This document shows positions 19,110 to 30,424 of a DNA stretch of 64,000 bases, piece by piece; position 1 is the stretch's first letter, and each line of letters begins with the position of its first letter. Made by a program: the position numbers and the translations under genes. The DNA is from Candidatus Oxydemutatoraceae bacterium (lineage in GTDB: Bacteria > Pseudomonadota > Gammaproteobacteria > Poriferisulfidales > Oxydemutatoraceae): contig CBDCOZ010000003.1 in NCBI GenBank assembly GCA_965220085.1, positions 1,248,001 to 1,312,000 on the forward strand, read 5' to 3'. Below the pieces are notes generated by a model. The model worked only from the letters and a program-made list of their open reading frames with translations, had not been told where the DNA came from and ran no database searches.

Positions 19110-21407
19110 TTAAAAGCTCCCGCCAAAATCAAGTTGAAACCTTTCGGTCTCATCGTCCGATTCATTATTATAATGGGTTGCAAAATTTAAGTTAATTATT
19201 CCCAGCGGGGTCAGCCATTGAAGCTCCGTCCCCAATGAGCCCCGCAAATCCGCAAAGGAAAAGTCATCAACATCGTCAAACACATTGCCCAAATCGCTGA
19301 ATAAGCCGACCCGCAATCGGTTCGGGTCATACAGCCCCCCCGTCGGCAAAAACAGATTCACACTGCCGATGGTCCTGAAATCCCCCCCCAAGGGGTCGTC
19401 GTTTTCCACATCTCGCGCCCCCAGAGAATTACTCCTGTAACCGCGGACTGTCTTCGTTCCTCCCGCATAGAACTTGTCATAAAAGGGCACCTCTTCGGTA
19501 CTCCCGAAGGCCCTGGCATACGATATGATACCACTAGGCGCCAAAACCCACTCATTATCTTGGTCAAGCGGCAGATACGTTCTGTGCGTGTAATTCAACT
19601 TTGAATAGACCAAATCGCTGCCCGGGACAAAGGCTTCCACGCTGCCGCGCAATCGCATGCCGGTGGTCGGGAACAATGAGCGGTCGCGGGTATCGTAGAC
19701 CAAACTGGCGCTGAGTATAAAGTTGGTGAAGGATTTTCCCTCGCGCTCGGTAAACGCATGCGCTCTGGTGCCCGAAGTCGGTTCGCCCAGCGTAATCTTC
19801 TGCAGCCGCGCGCCCAACCCCAGCGTATCGTCTTCCGATACCGGAATGCCGAAGGTGAGCCCCAGACTGAGCTCTTTGCTGTCGGTGCCCGACGTGCGGC
19901 TTTCTTCAAAGTCGGTCGATGAGTAGTTGATGCGCCAGGAACGGCTGATACCGTCCACGGTATAGTGCGGGTCGTATACGCTTATGCCATAGCGCGAGTT
20001 GGTCTCGCTGTTGTTAAAAGAAAACTGGACGCGGTCGCCCTCGCCCATAAAATTATCCTGCGTCACACTGATTGAAAACACAGCCCCGTCGCTGTCGGAG
20101 AGACCCGCGCCGATGTTAAAGCTGCCGGACAGGCGCTCCTCTACCGCGAAATCCAAATCGATCTGATTGTCCTCCCCCGCAACCGGGTTTTCGCGCACAT
20201 CGACAGCGGTGATATACGGCAGGCGCTGTAACCTGCGGCGCGAGCGGTCTATGTTCTTGCTTGAATATGCCGCCGATTCCACCTGCCTCAACTCGTGCCG
20301 AAAGACCGAGTCGTTCGTCGTGTCGGTGCCGGAAAAAGTGATTCTGCGCACATAGGCGCGCTCGCCCGGGTCGGCGACAAAAAGCAGATTGACCTTCGCT
20401 TCGTCTCGGTGTTTGTCGGGCACCGTATTTACTTTGGCGAACGCATACCCCTGTTCTTTGAGGCGGTCGATGATGATATTGTCCGAATCTATCGCATTGC
20501 TGCGCGAAAACCGCTCGCCCTCTTTTGCCTTGAGTTGTTGTTTGAGCGCGGCGACATCGTCAATGCCGGAACCGGTGATGTCAATCTCGCCGATTTGATA
20601 AGGCGATTGTTCCGAGACTTTGATGACGATATCTATAAAGCGCTTATCGGGTGTCAATGTGACGCGCACATCGGTGATGGCAAAATCCAAATAGCCGCGA
20701 TCCAGATAGATATTTTTCATCAACTCCAGGTCGGACTCCAAACGAATCTTTGAGTAATGGTCTTTGTTGCTGAAAAATTCGTACCACGCCGGCTTGCCGG
20801 ATTGAAAATCCGCGGTCAGGGTATCGTAGTCAATGCGCCGATTGCCGATGATGCGTATCTCTCGTATCCGTGTCGTCTCCCCCTCATTGACCTCAATGGA
20901 GATATTGACCTGATTGTCCGGCAACTCAACGGTCTCCAGCGATAAGGTCACGGCATATTTGCCCAGTGCGTAATACTGCTGCTTGAGTTCTTTGCGCAGC
21001 CGTTCAAAGACCGTGCGGTCATAGATCTGACCGGCCGCAATGTTGATGGACTTCAAGCCGTCTAACATGGATTCGGTCGTAATCTCATCGTTGCCGGCGA
21101 TGATTATCTCGGCCACCCCCGGTCGCTCGTCGACCGAAATAATCAGCGTGTCATCCGCGTGTTTCAGCGTTACATCGTCAAACAGTTTCGTGCCGTAGAC
21201 AGCATGGATTATTTCCGCGCTGCGGGATACGTCAAAAAAGTCTCCGACCTGCGCCGGCAAGGCGACAAATACGGTACCGGGGTTTACCCGCTCAAGCCCT
21301 TCTATCTCTATGTCTTCAATGACAAAACCGGCGGCCATCAGCCGCCCGCCGCCGCAGAGGATTGCCGCTAATACAAGAACCCTTGGCAGTAATGCGATGC
21401 GAGCCAT
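19110..21407 (-). CDS. bamA: Outer membrane protein assembly factor BamA
   Basis: POTRA repeats (IEIEGLERV, YLDRGY), VRGY motif, terminal Phe. Confidence 0.96.
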   Translation of the reverse strand: MARIALLPRVLVLAAILCGGGRLMAAGFVIEDIEIEGLERVNPGTVFVALPAQVGDFFDVSRSAEIIHAVYGTKLFDDVTLKHADDTLIISVDERPGVAEIIIAGNDEITTESMLDGLKSINIAAGQIYDRTVFERLRKELKQQYYALGKYAVTLSLETVELPDNQVNISIEVNEGETTRIREIRIIGNRRIDYDTLTADFQSGKPAWYEFFSNKDHYSKIRLESDLELMKNIYLDRGYLDFAITDVRVTLTPDKRFIDIVIKVSEQSPYQIGEIDITGSGIDDVAALKQQLKAKEGERFSRSNAIDSDNIIIDRLKEQGYAFAKVNTVPDKHRDEAKVNLLFVADPGERAYVRRITFSGTDTTNDSVFRHELRQVESAAYSSKNIDRSRRRLQRLPYITAVDVRENPVAGEDNQIDLDFAVEERLSGSFNIGAGLSDSDGAVFSISVTQDNFMGEGDRVQFSFNNSETNSRYGISVYDPHYTVDGISRSWRINYSSTDFEESRTSGTDSKELSLGLTFGIPVSEDDTLGLGARLQKITLGEPTSGTRAHAFTEREGKSFTNFILSASLVYDTRDRSLFPTTGMRLRGSVEAFVPGSDLVYSKLNYTHRTYLPLDQDNEWVLAPSGIISYARAFGSTEEVPFYDKFYAGGTKTVRGYRSNSLGARDVENDDPLGGDFRTIGSVNLFLPTGGLYDPNRLRVGLFSDLGNVFDDVDDFSFADLRGSLGTELQWLTPLGIINLNFATHYNNESDDETERFQLDFGGSF

Positions 21408-21426
21408 GTTGTTGCAATGCGGGCGC

Positions 21427-22800
21427 TTAGTGAAGGAGGCGCGTCAGGTCATTGTAGAGCGCGAGGATCAGCAACGACCCTATCATGACCACACCGATTC
21501 CATAGCCGACTATTTGGGCGCTGTGAGAGAGCGGAGAACGTTTGATAAATTCAATCAGGTAATAAAGGAGATGCCCGCCGTCCAATAGCGGAATCGGCAA
21601 CAGGTTCAGAATTCCGATACTGATACTGAGCAATGCCAACGTGAAGAGATAGGTCGTCATCCCTATGTTAAATGTCGTTCCGGTAATCTCGGCGATCGTG
21701 ACCGGCCCGCTGATGTTTTTCAGCGACACGTCGCCGGTCGCCATGCGCGCGATATAGAGCAGCGTCATCCGGGTCAGATCGGCGGTGTCCGCCAAGCCTT
21801 TCCTCACCGCTTGCGGCCACGAATAATTGACAAAGCGCGCATAAGAACGGCGGGTGTCTTCGGAGACATAAGGCGATGCGCCGATGCGCCCCGCCGTTTG
21901 ACCGCCCGCTTCCGTCGCTCCGATTTGCAGTCGCAGATCAACCGACTCCCCGCCTCTTTGCACGGTTATCGGGATGCTTTGGTTCGGTTTCTGTCGAATC
22001 AACTCGACAAACGATTGCCAAGCAGCGATCTCGCGACCGTCCGCAAAAACCACTTTGTCTCGCTCTCGCAGACCGCTGCCGTAGGCGCTGCCCGAAGCGG
22101 TCAGTTCGCCGATGACAGCGGGTATCTCGTAGCGCAGCGGCGCGATGCCGATACCCCGCAACACCGGCTCCTGATTGCTGAGGAAGGCTCCGCTATCGTC
22201 AAACTCCAGTCGGGAGACGCGCAGATTGCCGTCCCTGAGCGCTTCCACTTCGACTGTGGAGTCGTCCAATACCGCTCTGAGCAGGGCGCGTTTCAGCGCC
22301 TTCCAGTTGCTCACTTCGTCCCCTCCGACCCTGACAAATTCATCGTTTGCCCGCAAACCGGCTCGCGCCGCGATGCTGTGCGGCTGTACGCTGCCGATAA
22401 TGGGCTTGATCTCGTAGGAGCCGATCATGTGCGCGCCGGCAAATAATACGACCGCGAGCAGAAAATTCGCCGCCGGCCCGGCGGCGACAATCAGCGCCCT
22501 GATCCACAGAGGTTGTCGGCAAAAAGCGCGGGCGCGATCTTCCTCCGCAACGCGCTCCAACCCTCTTTCATCCTGTCCCAACATACTGACGTAACCGCCG
22601 AGAGGGATCGACGCGATGACGTATTCGGTTCTGTCGGCGCCCGCGACGCGGCGGCAAAGCGGTTTGCCAAAGCCGATTGAGAATTTGAGTATTTTGACGT
22701 TCGCCAAGCGGGCGACATAGTAATGCCCGAATTCATGAAAAGCAATCAGCAGACTGAAGCCCAATATGAAGCCGATTGCGCCTGTGACAAAAGATACCAT
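21427..22800 (-). CDS. rseP: RIP metalloprotease RseP
   Basis: HEFGH, PDZ region, NLLPIPLLDGGH. Confidence 0.96.
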   Translation of the reverse strand: MVSFVTGAIGFILGFSLLIAFHEFGHYYVARLANVKILKFSIGFGKPLCRRVAGADRTEYVIASIPLGGYVSMLGQDERGLERVAEEDRARAFCRQPLWIRALIVAAGPAANFLLAVVLFAGAHMIGSYEIKPIIGSVQPHSIAARAGLRANDEFVRVGGDEVSNWKALKRALLRAVLDDSTVEVEALRDGNLRVSRLEFDDSGAFLSNQEPVLRGIGIAPLRYEIPAVIGELTASGSAYGSGLRERDKVVFADGREIAAWQSFVELIRQKPNQSIPITVQRGGESVDLRLQIGATEAGGQTAGRIGASPYVSEDTRRSYARFVNYSWPQAVRKGLADTADLTRMTLLYIARMATGDVSLKNISGPVTIAEITGTTFNIGMTTYLFTLALLSISIGILNLLPIPLLDGGHLLYYLIEFIKRSPLSHSAQIVGYGIGVVMIGSLLILALYNDLTRLLH

Positions 22801-22804
22801 AAAT

Positions 22805-23983
22805 CTAAATAGCAGCGATTAACTCGGCTGCGTATGCGCGCACCTCGCGGTCGACTGCGTACACATCATCGATGCTGTCCGCCGCCATCCCGCCGTGCTG
22901 TTCCAACATGCGCCGATTAATCGTAAAAATATCGGTGAATTTTAACTTGTTTTCAAGAAAACTTTCAACCGCCGCCTCATTTGCCGCATTGAGTACCGTT
23001 GCCGCGGCGCCGCCCCGGCGCATTGCGTCATACGCCAGTGTGAGGCACGGGAAACGCTCTTCGTCCGGCGCAAGAAAATCAAGGCGCGAATGCTTGAGGA
23101 AATCCACCGTCGCTACGCCGCTGTCCATGATCTCGGGCCAGCCGAGCGCACTCGCTATCGGAATACGCATATCGGGCGCGGCCATTTGCGCCAGCGCCGA
23201 ACCGTCGCCGAGCCGAACCATGCCGTGAATCAGGCTTTGCGGGTGAATCAGCGCCTCGATGCGATCCGGCGCGAAGGAAAACAGCCAATGCGCTTCAATC
23301 GCTTCAAAACCTTTGTTCATCAGCGTCGCCGAATCAACCGAAATCTTCTTTCCCATTCGCCAGTTCGGGTGTGCGACCGCTTGATCCGGAGCGACCGCGG
23401 CAAGTTCTTTTGTCGGCGTGTTGAGAAAAGGCCCGCCCGATGCGGTCAAGATAATACTGTCGACAGCGCTCGCTTCGTCCCGCCTTCTGGCAACGGCATG
23501 CAAGCACTGGAAGATAGCATTATGCTCGCTGTCCAGCGGCAGGATTTCGGCGCCGTTTGCCGCCGCTTCGGACATGACAAACCGCCCCGCCATCACCAGG
23601 CATTCCTTGTTTGCCAACAAAATGCGCTTGCCATTGCGAACCGCTTCGTATGTCGGCGACAGGCCGGCCGCGCCGGTAATGCCGATGACCGCCGTATCGT
23701 AGTCGGGCAATGCCGCCAAGCGCGCCGCATCGCCGGCTTCGCTCCAGACTTCCGTTTTGAGTTTATGCTCCTTCAATGTCCGACGGAGCGTCTGCGCATA
23801 GTTGCTGTCGCCAATCACCGCAATCTGCGGACGAAACTCAATGCACTGTTCCGCCAGCGTATTCATACTGCTGTGCGCCGTCAGCGCAAACACCTCGCAG
23901 CGTTGCGGGTTGCGGCGGATCACATCCAGACACTGACAGCCGATGCTGCCGGTGGAACCCAGTACCGCGACCTTGTGTTTCAT
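22805..23983 (-). CDS. dxr: 1-deoxy-D-xylulose-5-phosphate reductoisomerase
   Basis: LGSTGSIG, LANKE, PLDSEH, HPNWRMGKKISVDSATLMNKG. Confidence 0.97.
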   Translation of the reverse strand: MKHKVAVLGSTGSIGCQCLDVIRRNPQRCEVFALTAHSSMNTLAEQCIEFRPQIAVIGDSNYAQTLRRTLKEHKLKTEVWSEAGDAARLAALPDYDTAVIGITGAAGLSPTYEAVRNGKRILLANKECLVMAGRFVMSEAAANGAEILPLDSEHNAIFQCLHAVARRRDEASAVDSIILTASGGPFLNTPTKELAAVAPDQAVAHPNWRMGKKISVDSATLMNKGFEAIEAHWLFSFAPDRIEALIHPQSLIHGMVRLGDGSALAQMAAPDMRIPIASALGWPEIMDSGVATVDFLKHSRLDFLAPDEERFPCLTLAYDAMRRGGAAATVLNAANEAAVESFLENKLKFTDIFTINRRMLEQHGGMAADSIDDVYAVDREVRAYAAELIAAI

Positions 23984-24852
23984 GGGTTCGTATTCCACCC
24001 GATCAGGGCGGCGAAGCCGAGTAAGAAGATCGGCGCGGCGGCGATAGAAGAGTCGATACGGTCGACGATGCCGCCGTGCCCCGGCAACAAATTGCCGCTG
24101 TTTTTAACCCCTGCCAGCCGCTTGGCCATGCTCGCTGTCAAATCACCGATGATGCTGCTCAAACCGGTCAGAACCGACAGCATGATGAAGTTAATAATAT
24201 CTGGTAACCCAATGAGATAGCCCGCAAAGTTCATGCTTCCTATCAGCCCCGAATGCAGTAGCCAGGCCATCGCTCCTGCGAGCGCGATCATCGCCCCGAG
24301 TGCGCCGACGACCCCCGCGCGGGTTTTGCCCTGACTCAACTCCGGACACAACGGTGTGCGTCCGAAACGACGTCCCGAGTAATATGCGGCGATGTCACAC
24401 CCGGCAACCAGAGTGATCAGATACAAAAGCCAGATCCAACTTTGCGCGTGTAACTGATAGATTGCAAACCAACACGCCGGCAACGCGATAACAATATGCG
24501 CGCGCAATACGCGCGCAAACCATTTCCGGCGGCACAGCGATCGTGTAAAGCAAGTCGTCAGAAAGAGCATGCCGCCCCACCATATCGCGACGGGAACGAG
24601 CACAAAGGTTGCTGACCGGTAACGTATCAAAGCGGCACACACGAACAAGCAAACTATCGGGTATGCCCAACACATCGCGTTTTTTTCCACCAACTTCCCC
24701 CACTCCAAAGCGGCCAATGCGACGACGAAGAGGAAGGCTCCCGCCAGCGCCTGCGTCGGCACATAGCCGATAGCCGCGACTGCCGCCGCCGCCATGATAA
24801 CGCCGGTGCAGACCCGTCGGCGGCTGTCGCTGCTTGTTTGTTCGCCGCTCAT
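23980..24852 (-). CDS. cdsA: phosphatidate cytidylyltransferase
   Basis: DIAAYYSGRRFG, KRLAGVKNSG..LPGHGGIVDRIDS. Confidence 0.93.
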   Translation of the reverse strand: MSGEQTSSDSRRRVCTGVIMAAAAVAAIGYVPTQALAGAFLFVVALAALEWGKLVEKNAMCWAYPIVCLFVCAALIRYRSATFVLVPVAIWWGGMLFLTTCFTRSLCRRKWFARVLRAHIVIALPACWFAIYQLHAQSWIWLLYLITLVAGCDIAAYYSGRRFGRTPLCPELSQGKTRAGVVGALGAMIALAGAMAWLLHSGLIGSMNFAGYLIGLPDIINFIMLSVLTGLSSIIGDLTASMAKRLAGVKNSGNLLPGHGGIVDRIDSSIAAAPIFLLGFAALIGWNTNP

Positions 24853-25556
24853 TTAACTGTGCCAAACTTTCTGTCGCGTTGTCCGAACCACTTTATCGCA
24901 TCCAAATATTTGCGCTTGTCAAAGTCCGGCCACAAGGTGTCGGTGAAGTACAACTCCGCATAAGCGCTTTGCCATAAGAGAAAATTACTCAGACGGTTCT
25001 CACCGCCCGTGCGTATCAGCAGGTCGACATCGCCGACGCTGCTGTGCGCCAACTGTCGCCCGATGGCGGCTTCAATCTGTCCGCAATCAAGAGCGCTTCC
25101 CGACCCTTCGCGCATCAATTTCTCGCAAGCATGCGCAATGTCCCAGCGGCCGCCATAACTCAGCGCAATATTCAATTGCAGTTGCCGCATACCCGCAGTC
25201 GCCCGCTCGGCGTTGGCTATCTCCTTCGACAATTTGCCGGCAAGCCGGGCGCGGTCTCCGATAAAACGAAGGCGCACTTCGTTTTCCATCAACTCATCCA
25301 GATACTTATGCAGCGATGCGGAAAACAGCATCAGCAAAGTCCGCACTTCAACCTGCGGTCGTTTCCAGTTCTCACTGCTGAAGGTAAAAAGGGTCAATGC
25401 CCGTACGCCGTATTCCACGCTGGCCTTGACGATTTCGCGGACTACTTCGACCCCTTTGCGATGGCCGCAGGTTCTTTCGCGGTTGTGGGATTCCGCCCAG
25501 CGCCCGTTGCCATCCATGACAATAGCAACATGCGCGGGACATACTCGGTCGGTCAT
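24849..25556 (-). CDS. uppS: undecaprenyl diphosphate synthase
   Basis: HVAIVMDGNGRWA, FSSENWKRP, IRTGGENRLSNFLLWQ. Confidence 0.97.
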   Translation of the reverse strand: MTDRVCPAHVAIVMDGNGRWAESHNRERTCGHRKGVEVVREIVKASVEYGVRALTLFTFSSENWKRPQVEVRTLLMLFSASLHKYLDELMENEVRLRFIGDRARLAGKLSKEIANAERATAGMRQLQLNIALSYGGRWDIAHACEKLMREGSGSALDCGQIEAAIGRQLAHSSVGDVDLLIRTGGENRLSNFLLWQSAYAELYFTDTLWPDFDKRKYLDAIKWFGQRDRKFGTVK

Positions 25557-26116
25557 CAGACTGCCATCAATTCGGCTTCTTTCTGTTCCAGAATCTCGTC
25601 TATCTTTTTAATCTTGGCGCTGCTCAATTTATCCACCGATGCCTGCGCCAGCTTTTCTTCGTCCTCGCCCATCGCCGAATTTTTGACCGCATCTTTCAGA
25701 TGGCGGATGGCATCGCGCCGGATGTTGCGCACCGCGACCCGCGCCGACTCGCCATACTGGCGCACGACCTTAGTCAACTCTTTGCGTCGTTCCTCGGTCA
25801 GCGCAGGCATCGGGATTCGCATGACGGTACCCTGCACGACGGGATTGAGCCCCAGCCCCGCCGCCACAATCGCTTTCTCAATCACCTCGACCATATTCTT
25901 CTCCCATACCGTCAGCACCAGGTTTCTGGATTCTTCCACCGTGATATTGGATACCTGATTGAGCGGCGCCCGGCTGCCATAATACTCCACGGTAATGTGC
26001 TCCAGCAGGCTGGGGTGAGCGCGTCCGGTTCTGATCTTTTGCAACTCGGAGACAAGCGTCGCCACGCTCTTGTCCATGTTTTTCTCAACCGCTTGGCTGT
26101 TTAAAGTATCGCTCAT
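25556..26116 (-). CDS. frr: ribosome recycling factor
   Basis: IRTGRAHP, PALTEERRKEL, VRNIRRD. Confidence 0.97.
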   Translation of the reverse strand: MSDTLNSQAVEKNMDKSVATLVSELQKIRTGRAHPSLLEHITVEYYGSRAPLNQVSNITVEESRNLVLTVWEKNMVEVIEKAIVAAGLGLNPVVQGTVMRIPMPALTEERRKELTKVVRQYGESARVAVRNIRRDAIRHLKDAVKNSAMGEDEEKLAQASVDKLSSAKIKKIDEILEQKEAELMAV

Positions 26117-26121
26117 CGTAA

Positions 26122-26883
26122 TCAGGCCTCGCTTGAAATTAAAGTTCCGCATTCCTCATTGCGCAGAATCGTGCCGAGGGCGCCGACCTTATGCATATTG
26201 AATACCCGGATAGGTATTCCGTTGTCGCGGCACAACACAATCGCCATCGTATCCATCGCCGCCAACTTATCTTTGATGACCTGATCATAACTCAGGCTGG
26301 CATACATCGTCGCATCGGGATGGCGCTCCGGGTCCTTATTGTAAACGCCGTCGACTTTGGTCGCTTTCAGCAGCAAGGTCGCGTTGATTTCAACCGCGCG
26401 CAAACTGGCGGCGGTATCGGTGGTGAAAAACGGATTGCCGGTGCCGGCGGCAAAGATGGTAATCAGCCCTTTCTCCAGATGGCGCATCGCGCGCCGGCGG
26501 ATATAGCTCTCGCAGACCGCATTGATCTCAATCGCCGACATGACCCGCGTTTGCATGCCGCTGCGCTCCAGCGCCTCCTGTAGCGCAAGCGCATTGATCA
26601 CAGTGGCCAACATTCCCATCTGGTCCGCGGTGACCGGGTCAATCCTGGCGCTTGAAGAATCTCTGCCTCGGAATATATTGCCGCCGCCGATGACGATAGC
26701 AATCTCTATGTCTCTTTCGCGCGCTTGTTTGATCTCGCCGACCAAGTGATTGACAGCGGCAATATCGATGCCGTGCTTCTTCCCCCCCATGAGGATTTCG
26801 CCGCTCAATTTGAGAATAACCCGTTGCTTCCCGATCTGTAAGGGTTTGTTCTCTGCTTTCAGCGCGGCAGGTTTCGGAGTCAT
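26122..26883 (-). CDS. pyrH: UMP kinase
   Basis: [24 protein letters not shown]. Confidence 0.97.
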   Translation of the reverse strand: MTPKPAALKAENKPLQIGKQRVILKLSGEILMGGKKHGIDIAAVNHLVGEIKQARERDIEIAIVIGGGNIFRGRDSSSARIDPVTADQMGMLATVINALALQEALERSGMQTRVMSAIEINAVCESYIRRRAMRHLEKGLITIFAAGTGNPFFTTDTAASLRAVEINATLLLKATKVDGVYNKDPERHPDATMYASLSYDQVIKDKLAAMDTMAIVLCRDNGIPIRVFNMHKVGALGTILRNEECGTLISSEA

Positions 26884-27752
26884 TGAATCTGAGCCATGAC
26901 TTCTTCGACAAAGTTCTCTTTTTTCTTCTCTATCCCTTCGCCGATTTCATAGCGGTGAAAGCTGTTCATGGTCGCCGATGCTTTCTGCAACAATTGGCCG
27001 ATGGTCACATCGGGGTCTTTGACAAACGGCTGACCGACCAGCGTAATCTCCTTGAGAAATTTCTTCATCCGCCCGCGCACCATCTTGTCGACGATATCGG
27101 CGGGCTTGCCTTCGGCGGCGGCCTGCTCGGTTAAAAACGCTCTCTCTTTATCCGCCATCTCGGCGGGCACGTCGTCTTCGCTGATAAATTGCGGACGGCT
27201 GGCCGCAATATGCAATGCGATATCTTTCGCCAGCGTTGCGTCGCCGCCTTGCATATCCGCAACCACACCGATGCGGGTGTTATGCATATAGACCGCGTGC
27301 GCATCGCCATCCAGCGGGATGCGAACAAAACGCCGTACTTGGATATTTTCTCCGGTCTTAATCACCAGAGTCTTGCGGGTGTCTTCAACGGAGTCCGCGC
27401 CGATTGCAAGCTTGGCGAGCGCCTCGCCGTCGGCCGGGTTTGCCTCCAGCGCCGCTTGTGCGACACGATGACAGAATGATTGAAAGCTCTTTTCTTTGGC
27501 GACAAAATCGGTTTCGCAATTCACTTCCAGCAACAGAGCCGCCGATTTGTCGTCGGCAACCGCCACGCTGATCAGACCTTCCGCGGCAATCCGCGCGGCT
27601 TTGTTATCGGCCTTGGCCTGCCCCGCTTTGCGCAACAACTCAACCGCCCTCTCCATATCCCCGTCGGCTTCGGTCAGAGACTTCTTGCACTCCATCATTC
27701 CGGCGCCGGTTCGCTGCCGCAATTCTTTGACCATTAAAGGAGTGATTTGCAT
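26880..27752 (-). CDS. tsf: elongation factor Ts
   Basis: [28 protein letters not shown]. Confidence 0.98.
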   Translation of the reverse strand: MQITPLMVKELRQRTGAGMMECKKSLTEADGDMERAVELLRKAGQAKADNKAARIAAEGLISVAVADDKSAALLLEVNCETDFVAKEKSFQSFCHRVAQAALEANPADGEALAKLAIGADSVEDTRKTLVIKTGENIQVRRFVRIPLDGDAHAVYMHNTRIGVVADMQGGDATLAKDIALHIAASRPQFISEDDVPAEMADKERAFLTEQAAAEGKPADIVDKMVRGRMKKFLKEITLVGQPFVKDPDVTIGQLLQKASATMNSFHRYEIGEGIEKKKENFVEEVMAQIQ

Positions 27753-27764
27753 CGCCTGAGAATG

Positions 27765-28565
27765 CTACTCGCGCGCGTCCGCCGCATCGTCGTCGTCATC
27801 GGCGATGAGCGGCGCCGTCGGCGCAACCGTTTCTTTTGCCTTGTCGCTTTCGGCAACGACATCAAGCCCCTGCCTCTGACGTTCGTCGCGCCCTTCGATG
27901 ACCGCATCCGCAAACGCCGAGGCGTATAGCTTGATAGAACTGATGCTGTCGTCGTTGGCCGGAATCACATAATCTATGCCGTCGAGCGAGTTATTGGTAT
28001 CAACCACCGCCACCAGCGGGATGCCAAGCCGCACCGCCTCTTGTATCGCGATGCTCTCGTAGCCCACATCGATTACAAACAAGGCATCGGGCAGGTGGCC
28101 CATCTCTTTTATGCCTTCAAAGTTCCGCCGCAGTTTGAGGTATCTGCGGCGCATCTTCTGCGCGTCCTTTTTGCTCATGCCGCCCAACACGCCCTTGTTC
28201 TCGACCACATCCTGAAGCTCTTTGTATTTGTTGATTGACACGCGCAAGGTTCTGTAATTCGTCAACGTGCCGCCGAGCCAATGATGATTCACATACGGCA
28301 TTTCGCAACGTCTTGCCTGATCCCGAATCGCAAGCGAAGCGGCTCTCTTGGTGCCGACAAAAAGCACAGTCTTGCCATCGAACGCCAAGTCCCGAACGAA
28401 CGCCAACGCATCTTTTAGCATCGGCAACGTCTTATCCAAGTTTATGATGTGAATGCCATTGTGTTTGCCGTAGATGTACGGAGCGATTTGCGGATTCCAA
28501 TAACGAGGGCGGTGGCCCAAGTGCGCTCCGGCGGCAAACAAATTTTGTATAGTTGTTTCAGTCAT
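27765..28565 (-). CDS. rpsB: 30S ribosomal protein S2
   Basis: GAHLGH, LFVGTKR, WLGGTLTN, VDTN, PANDD. Confidence 0.98.
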   Translation of the reverse strand: MTETTIQNLFAAGAHLGHRPRYWNPQIAPYIYGKHNGIHIINLDKTLPMLKDALAFVRDLAFDGKTVLFVGTKRAASLAIRDQARRCEMPYVNHHWLGGTLTNYRTLRVSINKYKELQDVVENKGVLGGMSKKDAQKMRRRYLKLRRNFEGIKEMGHLPDALFVIDVGYESIAIQEAVRLGIPLVAVVDTNNSLDGIDYVIPANDDSISSIKLYASAFADAVIEGRDERQRQGLDVVAESDKAKETVAPTAPLIADDDDDAADARE

Positions 28566-28696
28566 TCAAATCTGGCGTATCAAACGGGAGTCGCCCCCCA
28601 AGATAATTTAGCCGACCATTATAACCATCTCTGCCGTTTGAAGCAATAACAAATTGTATGTTGCCAAGACCTATCGGACACCCGGGGCAACTCGCG

Positions 28697-30031
28697 CTAC
28701 CGCAACGGGCCTTCCAGGAAGAGCCGCAACCGCAAGCTCAGGCCCATCAGGTTTATCGTCAGGGTGGCATCCTCTCTGGCCTGATTGGTGCTGACATTGA
28801 TGGTCTCGCAAAGGAACCCGCCGGCATCGAGTCTGCATAGTCTTGTTGAGGCGCTGCTGGCGCCGGTGTCCAGCACTCTATATGCGAGGGTTGCGTAACC
28901 CGCTGTGCCGGCGGCGGCATCGGCTTCCGGATAGTATGCCAGAGCATCCAGCTGGGCCAGTGTCAACTCGGTGTCGGCGGCTATGGTGACACTGGCATCG
29001 CCCACTACCAGCAGGGTGCCCCGTTCGGGCGGGGTGATTATGCGGATGCCATTGATGGTGTCGCCGTCCTCATCCTCAAAGGGGAAGTTGCCCCGCACAA
29101 AGCGGTGCGGATTGGCGGAGCTGGCAGTGCTCGCTACCCAGACGGCGCTGTCGCCGCCCACGGGCCAGTCGCTCACGGCTGTTATTCGGCTGCTTGCGGA
29201 GCACAACGGCCCCTCGCTACCGGAGGGAGAATGCAAGTCCATGAAACTGACACAGACGCGAATGTACTGGCCCACCTGCTCCTGCATGGGCTGGTAGAAC
29301 TGGGTGGTCTCACCGCTGATGGCGGCGTAGGCGCCGGTCTCGGTGGCGGACTGTTCCCATTGCCATTTCAGGGTCTCGCTGTCTATGCCGTTGAGGTCAC
29401 TAACATTGCCAAGTGCGGTCTGGAGCGGCGTATCCTCGCTGTATGTGGTACCGCTGGCACCGGTGTCCAGGGTGCCCACTCTGGGCGCGCCAGTTGCGGA
29501 AACCTGCGCGGATGCGCGCAGGCTGATGGTGATGGTGCCGTTGTTGGCCGAGGATTCGCCGGCGGTCGTGACGCTGAATGTGAAGGAGGTGTATCCGGCC
29601 TGCGCACTCTGCCCCGCTTCCGGATAATAAGTGATGGTGCCGATGCTGGCGGTTGCCACAGTCTCATTCACAGTGGCGGCGGAGCTGCCCACCCTCAGTG
29701 TGCCGAGGGATGGCAGGCTCTTTATCGTGATGCTGTCCAGGTCATCATCATCGTCCACTTCCGTAAAAGGGAAGTCGTCCTCCTCAAAGGTGTACGGGCT
29801 GTTGGCGGTGGCATTGTGCAATACCCAGATGGTTTTGTGGTTGGCAGATGGCTTGGCTTGAGCGGCCGAGACAGCCGGGTCCGCATCGTTGTGCGGTTGC
29901 GCCTGCGCCTGTGCGCAGATAACAAACAGGGCTGGCAGAACCAGCGACCAGAGGCTAAACCGAGTTAGTCTTGCCCGCTGATGCGGGGGGGGGGGGGGGG
30001 GGGGGGTAGTATTATAAGTTTTTTGCTTCAT
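28697..30031 (-). CDS. Secreted beta-rich (Ig/cadherin-like) protein, LEGPLR-tail family; C22 tract in frame
   Basis: MKQKTYNTTPPPPPPPH, signal ending AQAQAQ, two FP(F)xxxDxDxxxxIxI repeats, module shared with the 14198 gene (WxWxQ...YIRVCxxFMD), C-terminus LRLRLFLEGPLR; AAGGAG upstream. Confidence 0.88.
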   Translation of the reverse strand: MKQKTYNTTPPPPPPPHQRARLTRFSLWSLVLPALFVICAQAQAQPHNDADPAVSAAQAKPSANHKTIWVLHNATANSPYTFEEDDFPFTEVDDDDDLDSITIKSLPSLGTLRVGSSAATVNETVATASIGTITYYPEAGQSAQAGYTSFTFSVTTAGESSANNGTITISLRASAQVSATGAPRVGTLDTGASGTTYSEDTPLQTALGNVSDLNGIDSETLKWQWEQSATETGAYAAISGETTQFYQPMQEQVGQYIRVCVSFMDLHSPSGSEGPLCSASSRITAVSDWPVGGDSAVWVASTASSANPHRFVRGNFPFEDEDGDTINGIRIITPPERGTLLVVGDASVTIAADTELTLAQLDALAYYPEADAAAGTAGYATLAYRVLDTGASSASTRLCRLDAGGFLCETINVSTNQAREDATLTINLMGLSLRLRLFLEGPLR

Positions 30032-30424
30032 AGTTCTTCTCCTTATGGTTTAAGTTTCATGAATGCAGATGTACTAATGAGTGCTGGGCACTCTGCCACA
30101 AAATGCAAGTTATCTATAAATTCTGTATCTCCTATTTCTAGCAAATGTAATTATACATGCAATTATACAATGAGTACTACGCTATAAATAATCCACAAAC
30201 AACTGAGTGTTGTTTGTGCTCCACAAACTGTTCATTGTTTCCCTCATCTAGCGCACTCTACCACAAAACGCAACATTTGCAAGTCGCCGTTGCTCAGAGC
30301 ATTACACCCAGAGTCAGGTTGCGCTCTGCCACAAAATGCAAGTCCTTTGCAAGCGCTTTTTGCATCCTGCCTCACTCCCCTTGGGTGCGCCCACAACACT
30401 CCCCTCCTCCGCCAGTCACTCGCG